Source: a virus. From it: a DNA stretch of 64,000 nucleotides. The position numbers were made by a program, and so were the translations under genes. The first letter of the stretch is position 1, and every line of letters starts with the position of its first letter. This document shows positions 48,623-58,503 of this stretch, piece by piece. The stretch is from positions 32,001 through 96,000 of the IMG/VR virus record IMGVR_UViG_3300017963_000201. One strand, written 5' to 3'. The notes beneath the pieces were generated by a model. It did no database searches. It was not told the DNA's origin and saw only the letters and a program-made list of their open reading frames with translations.

Positions 48623-49109
48623 TATTATGAAAAGTATAAATTTTACTATAGATATACCATACCGCTTATACCAACATTTTAATCTTAATTTTTACTTAAT
48701 TATAGGAAAGAATGAATTCCAGGTATCCCCCTTAAATTATTTTTGTCTCAATAATCCCCCCATAGAAAGCATGCGAAAGCTTATAGTTGATACACTGGTA
48801 TCCTATGACAAAGACAAAAAATAATTCTTTAGATGCGGACATGGGAGATCTTAGATTAAAGATTATACCGAATCCTTATTTAGAAAGTAGAACTATAGTA
48901 GTTTCTTTGGACGTATTTCGAGATCTCGGGTTTGCTTACCAGGAATTTAGGGATGAAAGAAACGATACTGGAAGAAAAAAAGACTGAGTATAAAAGATCT
49001 ATGACAGGATGCGTACCGATAGATCACGGAAAAACATATATTAAATTATATAGATCTTTATTTTGGTACCAACAAAAACATGCTTTATATGATGCCCTAC
49101 TAGAGTTAT

Positions 49110-49370
49110 GTGAAAATGATTAAGAATATCTTAGAAACTATATTTATCGTACTGAGCCTTGCTGCCGGGATAACGGGGTATGTTGGCTTCCTTATACTAG
49201 GTTTGTATTCTTTTTGGTGTACTTTAGAATATTTTAATAATCATGAAAGTATACTAGTTGGCATAATTGTCGGGGTATTCCCATTGGTACTAATATCTGC
49301 GCTAACCTTTATCTTTGGTCGATTATTTTTTGAATGGTGGCTCATAAAATATAGGAGGAGTCACCTATGA
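49110..49370 (+). CDS. Two-TM membrane protein
   Basis: Two hydrophobic segments. Confidence 0.55.
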   Translation: MKMIKNILETIFIVLSLAAGITGYVGFLILGLYSFWCTLEYFNNHESILVGIIVGVFPLVLISALTFIFGRLFFEWWLIKYRRSHL

Positions 49371-49687
49371 TTGATTACGCTAAATTAAAAATGGATCTCG
49401 CCAAGGCTAAACAGAGAGCAAAAGACGCAGCAGATAAAGTGGAAGACACAGGGTCCTGCAACACGGATCACGTATTTATTCCTGTAGGATCGTGTAATAA
49501 GATCAAAAGAGGTAGCAAGAAATTATCAGAAATTTTCGGGGATGTCATTTTTCATAGTGGTTGGCACCATGGGTATTTTGCACCTATACCCACGTATGGC
49601 TTAGGATATAAAAATACTGTTGCTCAGGAAGCTGCAGCAAAGGCACTTCGAGAATATGGGGCATACGTATTTTACCAACTTGATTAA
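49367..49687 (+). CDS. Hypothetical phage protein
   Basis: RBS AGGAGG. Confidence 0.55.
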   Translation: MIDYAKLKMDLAKAKQRAKDAADKVEDTGSCNTDHVFIPVGSCNKIKRGSKKLSEIFGDVIFHSGWHHGYFAPIPTYGLGYKNTVAQEAAAKALREYGAYVFYQLD

Positions 49688-49890
49688 TGAAAAAAAGATT
49701 ATTAAAGGAATTAGAAAAACAAAGGTTTTGGAAAATAGCCAAGAAAGTAGGCTTTCTAAAACTAGACTATGAAGATCAGCATTTATTAATTTTCAAAATT
49801 TATCAGATTGCGGAAGAAATGAGTAGCAGGAAAATGGATACTACCCCAATGATCGGTGAGCTAGTATCTAAATACCTTATCGAGGACTAA
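49687..49890 (+). CDS. Hypothetical protein
   Basis: TAATG coupling. Confidence 0.5.
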   Translation: MKKRLLKELEKQRFWKIAKKVGFLKLDYEDQHLLIFKIYQIAEEMSSRKMDTTPMIGELVSKYLIED

Positions 49891-49892
49891 TT

Positions 49893-50213
49893 ATGGGATT
49901 TGGAGATCAAAAGTTAATAGAAGAACAAAAAAGATTAGCCAAAATAGAAAAAGCAGAAAAAGAACATAAGCCCGTATTATATAAAGTTGTGGGTGAGAGG
50001 CAAGTGTCGGTCAAGACAGAATTAACTATTAAAGCCAGATCGGAAGAGGAAGCTGAAGATTTGTTTTTCAAAGAAATTAAAAACTACGATTTAAATCAAT
50101 TTGATTATTGCCCTGGAAATGAGGACATCGAAATTGAATCGATTGAAGCTTTACAAGCCATAGAAGAACCAGATGATAAAACGCTAAATCTTTTTAATAC
50201 AAAATCCTCATGA
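49893..50213 (+). CDS. Hypothetical protein
   Basis: Operonic ORF. Confidence 0.5.
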   Translation: MGFGDQKLIEEQKRLAKIEKAEKEHKPVLYKVVGERQVSVKTELTIKARSEEEAEDLFFKEIKNYDLNQFDYCPGNEDIEIESIEALQAIEEPDDKTLNLFNTKSS

Positions 50214-50794
50214 TATTTTTTACGGCTGATACGCACTTTAACCATACAAATATTTTAAAGTTATGTATGCGTCCTTATTACTGTATCAAGGAAATGAACG
50301 AGGATATAATTGAAAGGTGGAATACCACAGTAACAACAAATGATATTGTTTTTCATTTGGGTGACTTTAGCTTTTCAGACCCAAGACCCTTTTTAGCTCG
50401 ATTAAATGGGCAAATTATTATTATAAAAGGTAACCACGACAACAGATCTGTACGTAAAAAGTTTAATATATATTCACACCAAATGCGCATGAGGATTGGC
50501 AACTTTTTTTGTTTATTAAATCACCGACCCCTATACTCAGGGACTAATAAAGATCACCACGATCCAAAAGAAGAAATAGCTTATCCAGCAAGATACGATT
50601 TTATAATTTCCGGCCACGTTCACGAGAAATGGCTCTGGACGGGCCGATCTTTAAATGTAGGGGTTGATCAACACGAATTTACGCCTCTGAGTTACCCCCT
50701 TGTCCTAAACTTACTTTATGCTCGTAAAGAGCACCTTATGACTAAACATGCTACATCGTGGGATAAAATTAAACAAAAAAACTTAGACGAATAG
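50210..50794 (+). CDS. Calcineurin-like metallophosphoesterase
   Basis: DTHF, HLGD, GNHD, GHVH, NVGVD. Confidence 0.9.
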   Translation: MIFFTADTHFNHTNILKLCMRPYYCIKEMNEDIIERWNTTVTTNDIVFHLGDFSFSDPRPFLARLNGQIIIIKGNHDNRSVRKKFNIYSHQMRMRIGNFFCLLNHRPLYSGTNKDHHDPKEEIAYPARYDFIISGHVHEKWLWTGRSLNVGVDQHEFTPLSYPLVLNLLYARKEHLMTKHATSWDKIKQKNLDE

Positions 50795-50939
50795 TTGGTT
50801 CATTCAACCAACTTACCTACCTAAACTAAGCAAACTTTACCTACTAAAATTTTCCAAAATTGCAAAATTTATATAGGATTTTCGTGTAGGTTTTATGCCT
50901 ACTTCTTTATAATTCGAATACTTATACGTAATACAATTG

Positions 50940-50955
50940 TGGCACGCTATTTGCT
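50940..50955 (+). promoter_or_regulatory. sigma54 promoter (consensus match)
   Basis: TGGCACG-CTAT-TTGCT. Confidence 0.75.
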
Positions 50956-51061
50956 AATTATATAAATTGTAATGGCTACCGGACTCAAAAAAATAGGGCT
51001 AGTGGTTATGGTCGCCCTGGCCATCTGCAAAACCGAGCCCGGTGGCTATCGAAAAAATACC

Positions 51062-51091
51062 TTGACAAACGTAACACGTTTGTGTTACGTT
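51062..51091 (+). promoter_or_regulatory. sigma70 promoter with palindromic operator
   Basis: TTGACA-N18-TACGTT containing GTAACAC-N4-GTGTTAC. Confidence 0.75.
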
Positions 51092-51113
51092 AGACGGTAG
51101 AAAGGGAATTTCC

Positions 51114-53099
51114 ATGAAAATCCATTACAGCGCACAACAAAAATTATACTATGCGGAAGCGACGAAGGAAGAGCGCTTCCCACTAAAAGAAGCGGGGTTC
51201 TGGTTCCACGGGCCAGAATACCGTTGCAGCTTCTCTGGGTGCAAATGCTGTGCCATCAAACTAGAGTGGGTTTGGTGGACCACCAAACCTGAAATCGCAG
51301 CCAGACTCCTGGAAGTCTGTGACGATGACGCAAAATGTGCCCTCACGGGGCACGTCGAGAGCGTGGAGGCTTCCCGAGCCTCCGACGCTGAGATAGATAT
51401 TCCCTGCCCCGAAAATCTCGCTTACCGCCCCTTCCAGCGGGCCGGTGTAGCCTACGCAGCCGAGCGTAGCGCTACAATGATCGCCGACGAAATGGGGCTT
51501 GGAAAAACAATACAAGCCCTGGGGATTGCCAACTATAAAAAAGCAAAAAACATCTTAATTGTTTGCCCCGCGTCTCTACGATTAAATTGGAAGCGGGAGG
51601 CCCAGAAATGGCTCGTAGAGCCACACACGATCCAAGTTGTCACCAAGCCATCGGACGACGTGAGCGCTGCTGATATCGTAATCATTAATTATGACCGCTG
51701 TAAAGGTCAGCACCTTGAAGCGCTGAAAGCCAGAGAGTGGGATCTTATAGTAGTGGACGAGGTTCACTATTGCAAAAACCCGAAAGCCCAGCGGACCAAG
51801 AATATCCTGGGCTATTGGGATCGCAAAAACCGTACAGCGGTCCCCGGCCTGGTAGACCGAGCGAAAATTAAACTTTTTCTCACGGGCACCCCGATCACAA
51901 ACCGCCCCATTGAGCTGCACCCACTGGCCGCAAAACTCGATCTCCGAGAGTTTGGAAATTTTATGCGCTTCGCCAAACGCTACTGTGACGCCCACGAGAC
52001 CAGATACGGATGGGACTTTTCGGGCGCGAGTCATCTAGACGAACTCCAAGCCAAACTTCGCGGAAGTTTTATGGTTCGCAGGCTAAAGAAAGACGTGCTC
52101 AAAGAGCTTCCGGCAAAAGTCAGACAGGTTGTCATTTTGAACCAAAATGGGTGCGCAAACGCGGTAAAAGCCGAACAAAAGGCATGGGCGCAAGCCGGGG
52201 GAGCGGACTTTGAAGCACTAAAAGCTAACGTGGAGCTTGCCGCTGCCAGTGAAGATCAAAATGCTTACAGGTCTGCAGTACATGCCCTTAATTCAGCAAT
52301 CCGGGTCGCTTTTGAAGATATGGCCGAAATTCGACATGAAACAGCAGAAAAGAAAACCCCAGCAGTGCTTGAACACTGCGATGACATACTTGAAAATGTC
52401 AGCAAGCTGGTGATTTTTGCACACCACAAAAAAGTAATTGCAGGGATCAAAGAGCATTATGGCGAAAAAGCAGTAGTCGTGGATGGATCAACTCCTAATG
52501 ATGCCCGGCAAGCAGCTGTAGACGCATTTCAAAACGATCCTAGCATTAAAGTTTTCATCGGATCGATCAAGGCTGCTGGTGTTGGCCTAACACTGACCGC
52601 AGCCTCCCACGTTGTTTTTGCCGAGCTGGATTGGACACCAGCAAACATGACGCAAGCGGAAGATCGTTGCCACCGGATCGGGCAAACCGATTCCGTCACT
52701 GTCCAGCACTTGGTTGTCAATGGCAGCCTTGACGCCAGGATGGCTGAAATCCTCGTGTGGAAACAGGAAATTATTGAAGCTGCGCTGGATAATCCTGAGA
52801 AGGCCATAGAGGTTCCTGAGCCCACCGAACTCCCCAAACCCAAATATCCCAAAGCGACTGATGAGCAGCGCAAGGCTTGCACCGATGCCCTCCGAATGCT
52901 TGCAGGACTGTGTGATGGGGCACTTAAAATAGATGGGCATGGATTCAATAAATGCGATAGTACAATTGGAAAAAGTTTAGCTTCGCGCTCTATGGATCGT
53001 GAGCTAACGGACGGCGAAGTGTTCTTGGCCAAACGAATCCTGCCAAAATACCACAGGCAGGTCGGTAGCGATCTCATTGAAAAGGTAAAAGCGGCATGA
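51114..53099 (+). CDS. SNF2-family (SMARCAL1/HARP-like) helicase
   Basis: ADEMGLGKT, DEVH, LTGTP, RRLK, GVGLTL, QAEDRCHRIGQ. Confidence 0.92.
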   Translation: MKIHYSAQQKLYYAEATKEERFPLKEAGFWFHGPEYRCSFSGCKCCAIKLEWVWWTTKPEIAARLLEVCDDDAKCALTGHVESVEASRASDAEIDIPCPENLAYRPFQRAGVAYAAERSATMIADEMGLGKTIQALGIANYKKAKNILIVCPASLRLNWKREAQKWLVEPHTIQVVTKPSDDVSAADIVIINYDRCKGQHLEALKAREWDLIVVDEVHYCKNPKAQRTKNILGYWDRKNRTAVPGLVDRAKIKLFLTGTPITNRPIELHPLAAKLDLREFGNFMRFAKRYCDAHETRYGWDFSGASHLDELQAKLRGSFMVRRLKKDVLKELPAKVRQVVILNQNGCANAVKAEQKAWAQAGGADFEALKANVELAAASEDQNAYRSAVHALNSAIRVAFEDMAEIRHETAEKKTPAVLEHCDDILENVSKLVIFAHHKKVIAGIKEHYGEKAVVVDGSTPNDARQAAVDAFQNDPSIKVFIGSIKAAGVGLTLTAASHVVFAELDWTPANMTQAEDRCHRIGQTDSVTVQHLVVNGSLDARMAEILVWKQEIIEAALDNPEKAIEVPEPTELPKPKYPKATDEQRKACTDALRMLAGLCDGALKIDGHGFNKCDSTIGKSLASRSMDRELTDGEVFLAKRILPKYHRQVGSDLIEKVKAA

Positions 53100-53317
53100 G
53101 TCACTACATATGGTCATGCGGGCATAAGACTGCTAAGTCTTACAAAACCTATCCGATGTGCCCTGTTTGCGCAGTAGAGCAAGGCAAATATGCGGCTATG
53201 ATTGCTCAGATTGAGGCGATAAGAGATCAAGAGAATGAGCGAAACAGAAGAGAAGGGATTGCTTGGTCCAAAATTTTCAACCGGCAAGGTTGCCCTTACT
53301 GTGGGGGAATCACATGA
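53096..53317 (+). CDS. Small Cys-containing protein
   Basis: ATGA coupling; CPVC, CPYC. Confidence 0.5.
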   Translation: MSHYIWSCGHKTAKSYKTYPMCPVCAVEQGKYAAMIAQIEAIRDQENERNRREGIAWSKIFNRQGCPYCGGIT

Positions 53318-53565
53318 AAGCTCAAGTTACTTTTCACTTTGACATGGAAGACATTATATCGATATGTATTCATTGCTATCGGTACACCGGAGTTAGCTTA
53401 ATCAAAAGTAAAAAACATATACTTAAAACAGTCCGTAACCATTTTGAAAACTACGGCTACTGTTTGCTACAGACGGAAGTACCGTCTTGGGATAAACGCC
53501 TAGATCTAACTATGGAAGAAAAATTGTTCGCAGCATGGTGCAAAGAACAAAAGTGGGGAAACTAG
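53314..53565 (+). CDS. Hypothetical protein
   Basis: ATGA coupling. Confidence 0.45.
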   Translation: MKAQVTFHFDMEDIISICIHCYRYTGVSLIKSKKHILKTVRNHFENYGYCLLQTEVPSWDKRLDLTMEEKLFAAWCKEQKWGN

Positions 53566-53657
53566 GCCATGTCTAGATTCCATTGTTATCACGATTGGGC
53601 TAGCGAGCCCGCTTTGCTTACTCATACAAAAAATGGCTATTGAATACGAGAAAAATA

Positions 53658-53888
53658 ATGCAAGATAAAAACCAAATACAAGTACGTGCTTGCCAATGTA
53701 TCCGTTGTGGGCATCTTTGGGTTGCGAGAGTTATACTATCAAGCAATACAACCAACCTATCAGGGGAAGCTACAAAGTGGTGCCCTTCTTGCGGATCAAA
53801 AGCGGGATACTGTGGCCCAATACAGATATTAAAATTTGAGGAAAACCATGAAAACAATCTGCGCACAATGCGGAAAAATACTTACTGA
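53658..53888 (+). CDS. Zn-ribbon protein
   Basis: CIRCGHLW..CPSCGS. Confidence 0.45.
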   Translation: MQDKNQIQVRACQCIRCGHLWVARVILSSNTTNLSGEATKWCPSCGSKAGYCGPIQILKFEENHENNLRTMRKNTY

Positions 53889-54232
53889 TGAGTTTGGGAA
53901 TCGTTTACATTCTGCTAATTTTGATTCAGAAATACCACACCCAACTAAGTACTTTACGTATGCATGGTGTAATATATGTGCAGCAAAACGCAAAAAATGG
54001 TGAAAAGAAACGGTATGTACGTATATATTTTAGAGATCACAACAGAAAAGCTAAATGGTATTGGGCTATAAAGATTAAGAATAAAAAATATATAAGATGC
54101 AAAAAAGATGGTGATGATTTTTCTTACATGAGAAAATGTGGTACTGAAATAGAGAAATTGTATATTATGTTTGGAGAGCCGGAAAAAGAGATCCCGTTTA
54201 GGGTATATAGAATATTTTAAACGAGGTAGGAG

Positions 54233-54922
54233 ATGTGGAGTTACTACGGTAGCAAAAAAAAAAAGATTGCAAAACTTTACCCTTTTCCCAAATACGAATT
54301 AATTATAGAACCGTTTGCAGGTGCAGCTTGGTATAGTGTTTTGCACCGAGATAAAAATATATTGCTTAACGAAAAGTATATTGTAATATATAATATTTGG
54401 AATTGGTTAATAAACAGAGCAAGTTCTAAATTGATTTTGGAAAATGCAGACTTCTATAACGGCCAAGATATTAGCTAAATTGATTTGGAAAAACCGCATA
54501 AAGACTTGATAGGTTTTTGTATCAATAGAGGTAGCATAGCACCTAAAAATATTGTTCAAAAATGGAGTTGCCAAGTAGCATCTAAGCCCAATTGGGCAAG
54601 CACAACTAACTTTTTTTTAAAGAGAGTAGCAAAACTATTGCCTTAAATTAAGCACTGGAAAACACAATTTGGCGATTACAAAAAACTACCTAATGTTAAG
54701 GCAACTTGGTTCATTGACCCGCCTTATCAGTTTGGGGGCGAACACTACGCAATCAATGATATTAACTATCATGAACTTAGTGACTGGTGCAAAACACGAA
54801 AGGGGCAAGTAATTGTCTGTGAAAATAATAAGTCTGATTGGCTGCCATTTGTAGCTTTAACAGGAATTACAGGACAGCGTTGTAACACAACAGAATCGGT
54901 TTGGATAAATGAAAATCTATAA
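54233..54922 (+). pseudogene. DNA adenine methyltransferase (Dam/D12 class) with two in-frame TAA stops
   Basis: YYGSK, EPFAG, then same-frame continuation to IDPPY and VIVCE; stops at 54476 and 54644. Confidence 0.8.
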
Positions 54923-55207
54923 GATTTAGTTATGAAACAGGGAATGCGTCAAATATACAATGGGTTTACTCGAGGTACTGGTGGATTAAAGTGCTATTGT
55001 TGCGGTGCCCGCTATAGAGCTATGAAAGCTATAAGAGCAAAAAACAAAATAAAAAATAAGCAAATTACCCGCGAAGCAAACTCTAATGGGTTACACACCC
55101 GATAACCACTCTTTGTATTGGGTTTATGGGTGTGGTGATAAGAATAGGGCTTTTACTGAGCTAGATCCCTACCTAAGTTTCATAAGATAACTGGTATTAT
55201 ACACTTT

Positions 55208-55639
55208 ATGAAATCTATTACAAGCTTCCGTGGTGAATACGCTTTTCTAAGTAATTTCTATCCAGCATCAGTCCCCTTTCGGGGTATCATCTTCCCTACC
55301 GCCGAGCATGCTTATCAAGCGCAAAAGTCAAAAAGCCTAGAAGACCAAAAAAGGATAGCACAAGTCAAAACTCCCGGAGAAGCTAAAAGACTAGGTAGAT
55401 TTCTTAATCTTTATTCCGGATGGGATCAGATACGTATCCCCATCATGTTTGCAATTATTTACCGCAAATTTACTCACAACAAATATTTAGGTAAAAAGTT
55501 AGTAGCGACTAACCCAAAGATACTTATTGAAGAGAATACCTGGGGCGATAAATACTGGGGAAAAGTAAACGGAGATGGGCTTAATCTATTAGGATCACAG
55601 CTAATGCAGGTACGTTGGCTTCTCATAGAAAAAGGTTGA
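55208..55639 (+). CDS. NADAR (YbiA-like) family protein
   Basis: FLSNFYP, PTAEHAYQAQK, AKRLGR, WGDKYWG..GLNLLG..LMQVR. Confidence 0.9.
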   Translation: MKSITSFRGEYAFLSNFYPASVPFRGIIFPTAEHAYQAQKSKSLEDQKRIAQVKTPGEAKRLGRFLNLYSGWDQIRIPIMFAIIYRKFTHNKYLGKKLVATNPKILIEENTWGDKYWGKVNGDGLNLLGSQLMQVRWLLIEKG

Positions 55640-56041
55640 CACACTCAAGTACTATTATTAATATAGGTACTAGAGAGTCGATTCAGCTTGGTATCCTGGT
55701 TCGATGTCTAAGTTGGCAGACTCTCTTGCTCCTAAGCTAAATGCTTAGGAGTTTTTATTTGACAGGATTAGCCTAATACAGTATATTACCTTTTGGGTGT
55801 TAGAAGTGGCCTTGGATTGATGATCGCTCCCGGAATTATCCGGGAGCACTTTTTTATTGACACGTATTACTATTTTGATAAGTTAGCTAACGAACGTGAT
55901 CTCCGGAATAACCCCCTTCAATTACCGCTACGATTGAAGGGGGGTTTTCCTTGACACTGTGAATTAATTAAGATATAAGAAAAATACTGCGTATCCGTCT
56001 GGCCCCTCAGACTTTGGCAAGAGTTTGGGGGGTACTTTTTT
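55636..56041 (+). ncRNA. Array of four small-RNA genes, each with promoter and intrinsic terminator
   Basis: TTGACA at 55636, 55759, 55857, 55951, each with a -10 box and a hairpin+T tract 60-100 nt later. Confidence 0.7.
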
Positions 56042-56912
56042 AATCACTTCTAGCAGAAGAAAAGAATCTGGACCAGAATCCTGCAGGTAGTGCGGAGTAG
56101 ATTCTCCCGGCCCCCATATAGCCCCCAGGGCCAACCTGATGCAAAACAGTACCCTTGGTCCTATATTGTTGTTTGAAGCCCACAGAAGCCTTTGTAAAGC
56201 GGTTCAGGATGGCGCTAATCATCCCAGACAACTTTCCGTAGTGATCAATGACTAGACTATTCCCACCCAAAGCATAATTGAAATCAGTATCGATAGAAAA
56301 GATTCCCTGAGATTCCAAAGCTGCTATAGTAGCAGCATCGATTAAAATTGTACCGTATTGAGCAAATGGGTAGTTGTCTACGGTCAAACTCGTATAAGGT
56401 GGAATTGCATTTATGAATTGAACACCGCGATCTAGGTAAAAGATTAAATGTTTATCATCATATCCATAGAAAAGCTGAATGTCGGGGTCGGTAGAAGCCC
56501 GATCCATGTTTTCGATATAATCACTGATTGACTTTCTTGCCTTATCTACTTGGACTCTGAGTTGAGCCGCGTATGCATAATACTTGGTAGAAACGGATTT
56601 TACAAAAACGTTATTACTGACAGTGACGTTTTCTAATATGCATCTCGTAGCCAGTAAATACTCTTCGTTATAGGTAGAAGCATCAAAGGAATATTGATAT
56701 ATCCCTGTACCCGCGTGAGTAATACTAGTCCCGCCAGATGCCGTAAATGATCCTGAATCTTCCGATGAATCATCTGATATGTTAATCAAATTAAAAGAAC
56801 TAGTGCCTGCTACATCTGTTAGGGAGTTTGTCAACGTATCCCGAACATAGAAAGTAATGGGCTCGGTTTGGTTAGCCAACACTACATGAAAATCGGTAAA
56901 TGATTGGCTCAT
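56040..56912 (-). CDS. Head completion/neck adaptor protein
   Basis: Structural-module position; INAIPPYT..DFNY.LGGNSL. Confidence 0.55.
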   Translation of the reverse strand: MSQSFTDFHVVLANQTEPITFYVRDTLTNSLTDVAGTSSFNLINISDDSSEDSGSFTASGGTSITHAGTGIYQYSFDASTYNEEYLLATRCILENVTVSNNVFVKSVSTKYYAYAAQLRVQVDKARKSISDYIENMDRASTDPDIQLFYGYDDKHLIFYLDRGVQFINAIPPYTSLTVDNYPFAQYGTILIDAATIAALESQGIFSIDTDFNYALGGNSLVIDHYGKLSGMISAILNRFTKASVGFKQQYRTKGTVLHQVGPGGYMGAGRIYSALPAGFWSRFFSSARSD

Positions 56913-57166
56913 GCTGTCCTCTGGGCAAAGAGTAATTTCTTTAGCTTTCTTATAGCATCGTCAAAGATAGCACAATCGGAATTTACATACTGATATTGTA
57001 AGCTCTGAATTCTAGGCTCATCCTTAAAAGAAAACTTATAGCTAGTCCCTAGCCTTCTAGCGTCAATAAGTTTGATTCGATGCATAAGCAGGTAAGCTGC
57101 TAAAGGTAGGTCGTTTGTAACAAAGACCTTTACAGAGACAACCTTTTCTTTATCTTGCTCATTCAC
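56909..57166 (-). CDS. DUF5659-like small protein
   Basis: FVTNDLPLAAYL..FSF pattern. Confidence 0.55.
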   Translation of the reverse strand: MNEQDKEKVVSVKVFVTNDLPLAAYLLMHRIKLIDARRLGTSYKFSFKDEPRIQSLQYQYVNSDCAIFDDAIRKLKKLLFAQRTA

Positions 57167-57365
57167 TATTGTTTAGCATATCCATGATACTTTGAAATTG
57201 ATCTTCCGTGGCCGCGTCAGCAATAGACTCAAAGATAATATCTGGATGTAGATCAAATAACCTGTCTAGCATAGTATATTGTTGGTTAGCATCAAATTGA
57301 TCTAAGAACAGATCAATAACTGCCATACGTTCTTGCTTGGTTAAATCGTATAGATATTTTGGCAT
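57159..57365 (-). CDS. Small acidic protein
   Basis: RBS GGAG; ATG 57365. Confidence 0.5.
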   Translation of the reverse strand: MPKYLYDLTKQERMAVIDLFLDQFDANQQYTMLDRLFDLHPDIIFESIADAATEDQFQSIMDMLNNSE

Positions 57366-57571
57366 TAATAACTCCAATCAAAGTCAGGCATCCTATCACC
57401 ATATATCTCGTAATAATCTGTCAGATAAATGGGTATATAGGAATGTCCATTTCCTCAATCGATTCTAAAGTATCCCTAACATGCTCTGGCAATATATCTA
57501 GGGCTTTGTCTAACGATATAGTAATACTTACACTATCTTTTTGGGCAAATCTTGAGCGCATCATCATAACC

Positions 57572-58276
57572 TCAAAAGCTAATATTCCAAACATCCATTA
57601 CATAGCTAACATTACCAAAATCGTCCTGGACAATTAGGAATGGTTCATTGTCAACTTCTAACACTTGGAAGTCTTCCCCAGGAAATGCTGCGTGCTTTAC
57701 CCAGTCTCCTGGTTGTATATCAATTGGGAACTTTCTGCCTGTAATCTTTTTCTCAAGCATGTATGCTTGATGGTTCATCCTAGAAGCAATAGTCCTAAGC
57801 TCTTTACCTTGTGAAGTCTTGGATAGGATGTATTCGCTATATAGCTTAGATCCAAAGTCAGGCATACGGGCATTGAGATAAATCATAGCCTGATCTTCTT
57901 CGTCAAATACCGCAGCATGCTCCATCAAGCTTATGAAATTTTGAGGAGTAATACCCAAAGACATATACCAATGTTTTGGGTAAGGATCTTTAATATGGTT
58001 TTCCACAACCTGAGCAATGAAATCCTTGAAGCTCTTTTTCGCTGCAGTCTTCAACAAACGGTTGGCACCACGAAACAGACCGAATAGAAATAGATGCAAA
58101 CTCTCGGTCCAGTCTTCCGGGTTTTGAATCTCTGCATTCTTAGCAAACTCTAAAACCTTATCGTAATCCCCTTCCATTTCTTGCCAAAATACAGCCCATT
58201 CGGGTCGGTGCTCTTCCGCAAACTGGTACACACCTTGAGGCTTTGGATCTAGCCAGGGTCTTTGTGCAAAGGGCAT
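57572..58276 (-). CDS. Hypothetical virion-region protein
   Basis: RBS AAGGAG. Confidence 0.55.
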   Translation of the reverse strand: MPFAQRPWLDPKPQGVYQFAEEHRPEWAVFWQEMEGDYDKVLEFAKNAEIQNPEDWTESLHLFLFGLFRGANRLLKTAAKKSFKDFIAQVVENHIKDPYPKHWYMSLGITPQNFISLMEHAAVFDEEDQAMIYLNARMPDFGSKLYSEYILSKTSQGKELRTIASRMNHQAYMLEKKITGRKFPIDIQPGDWVKHAAFPGEDFQVLEVDNEPFLIVQDDFGNVSYVMDVWNISF

Positions 58277-58287
58277 ATTAGTACTCC

Positions 58288-58503
58288 TTAATACATCATA
58301 CGAGTTCCAGGCTCATATACTTCTCTAAAATACTCTAAGGCCAGAGTCTTAGCATCTGACTTACTTCTAGCTTCTTCACGCGCAAGCTCTAACGCTTCCT
58401 GCCAGGTATTATAGTCTACTCTAATACCGCGTTCAGCTTTGAATTCCTCAATCGCTTGATCTACACCTTTATCGATCATGGGACCTTTGGCCGTGTAGTG
58501 CAT
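58288..58503 (-). CDS. Hypothetical protein
   Basis: RBS GGAAAGG. Confidence 0.5.
   Translation of the reverse strand: MHYTAKGPMIDKGVDQAIEEFKAERGIRVDYNTWQEALELAREEARSKSDAKTLALEYFREVYEPGTRMMY

Noticed and set aside
54476-54646. Genome-wide stop-codon reassignment
   Set aside because: TAA, TAG and TGA all end full-length conserved genes elsewhere; no suppressor tRNA found
55636-56041. CRISPR array
   Set aside because: The only recurring sequence is the TTGACA promoter box; no 25-40-nt direct repeats and no cas genes
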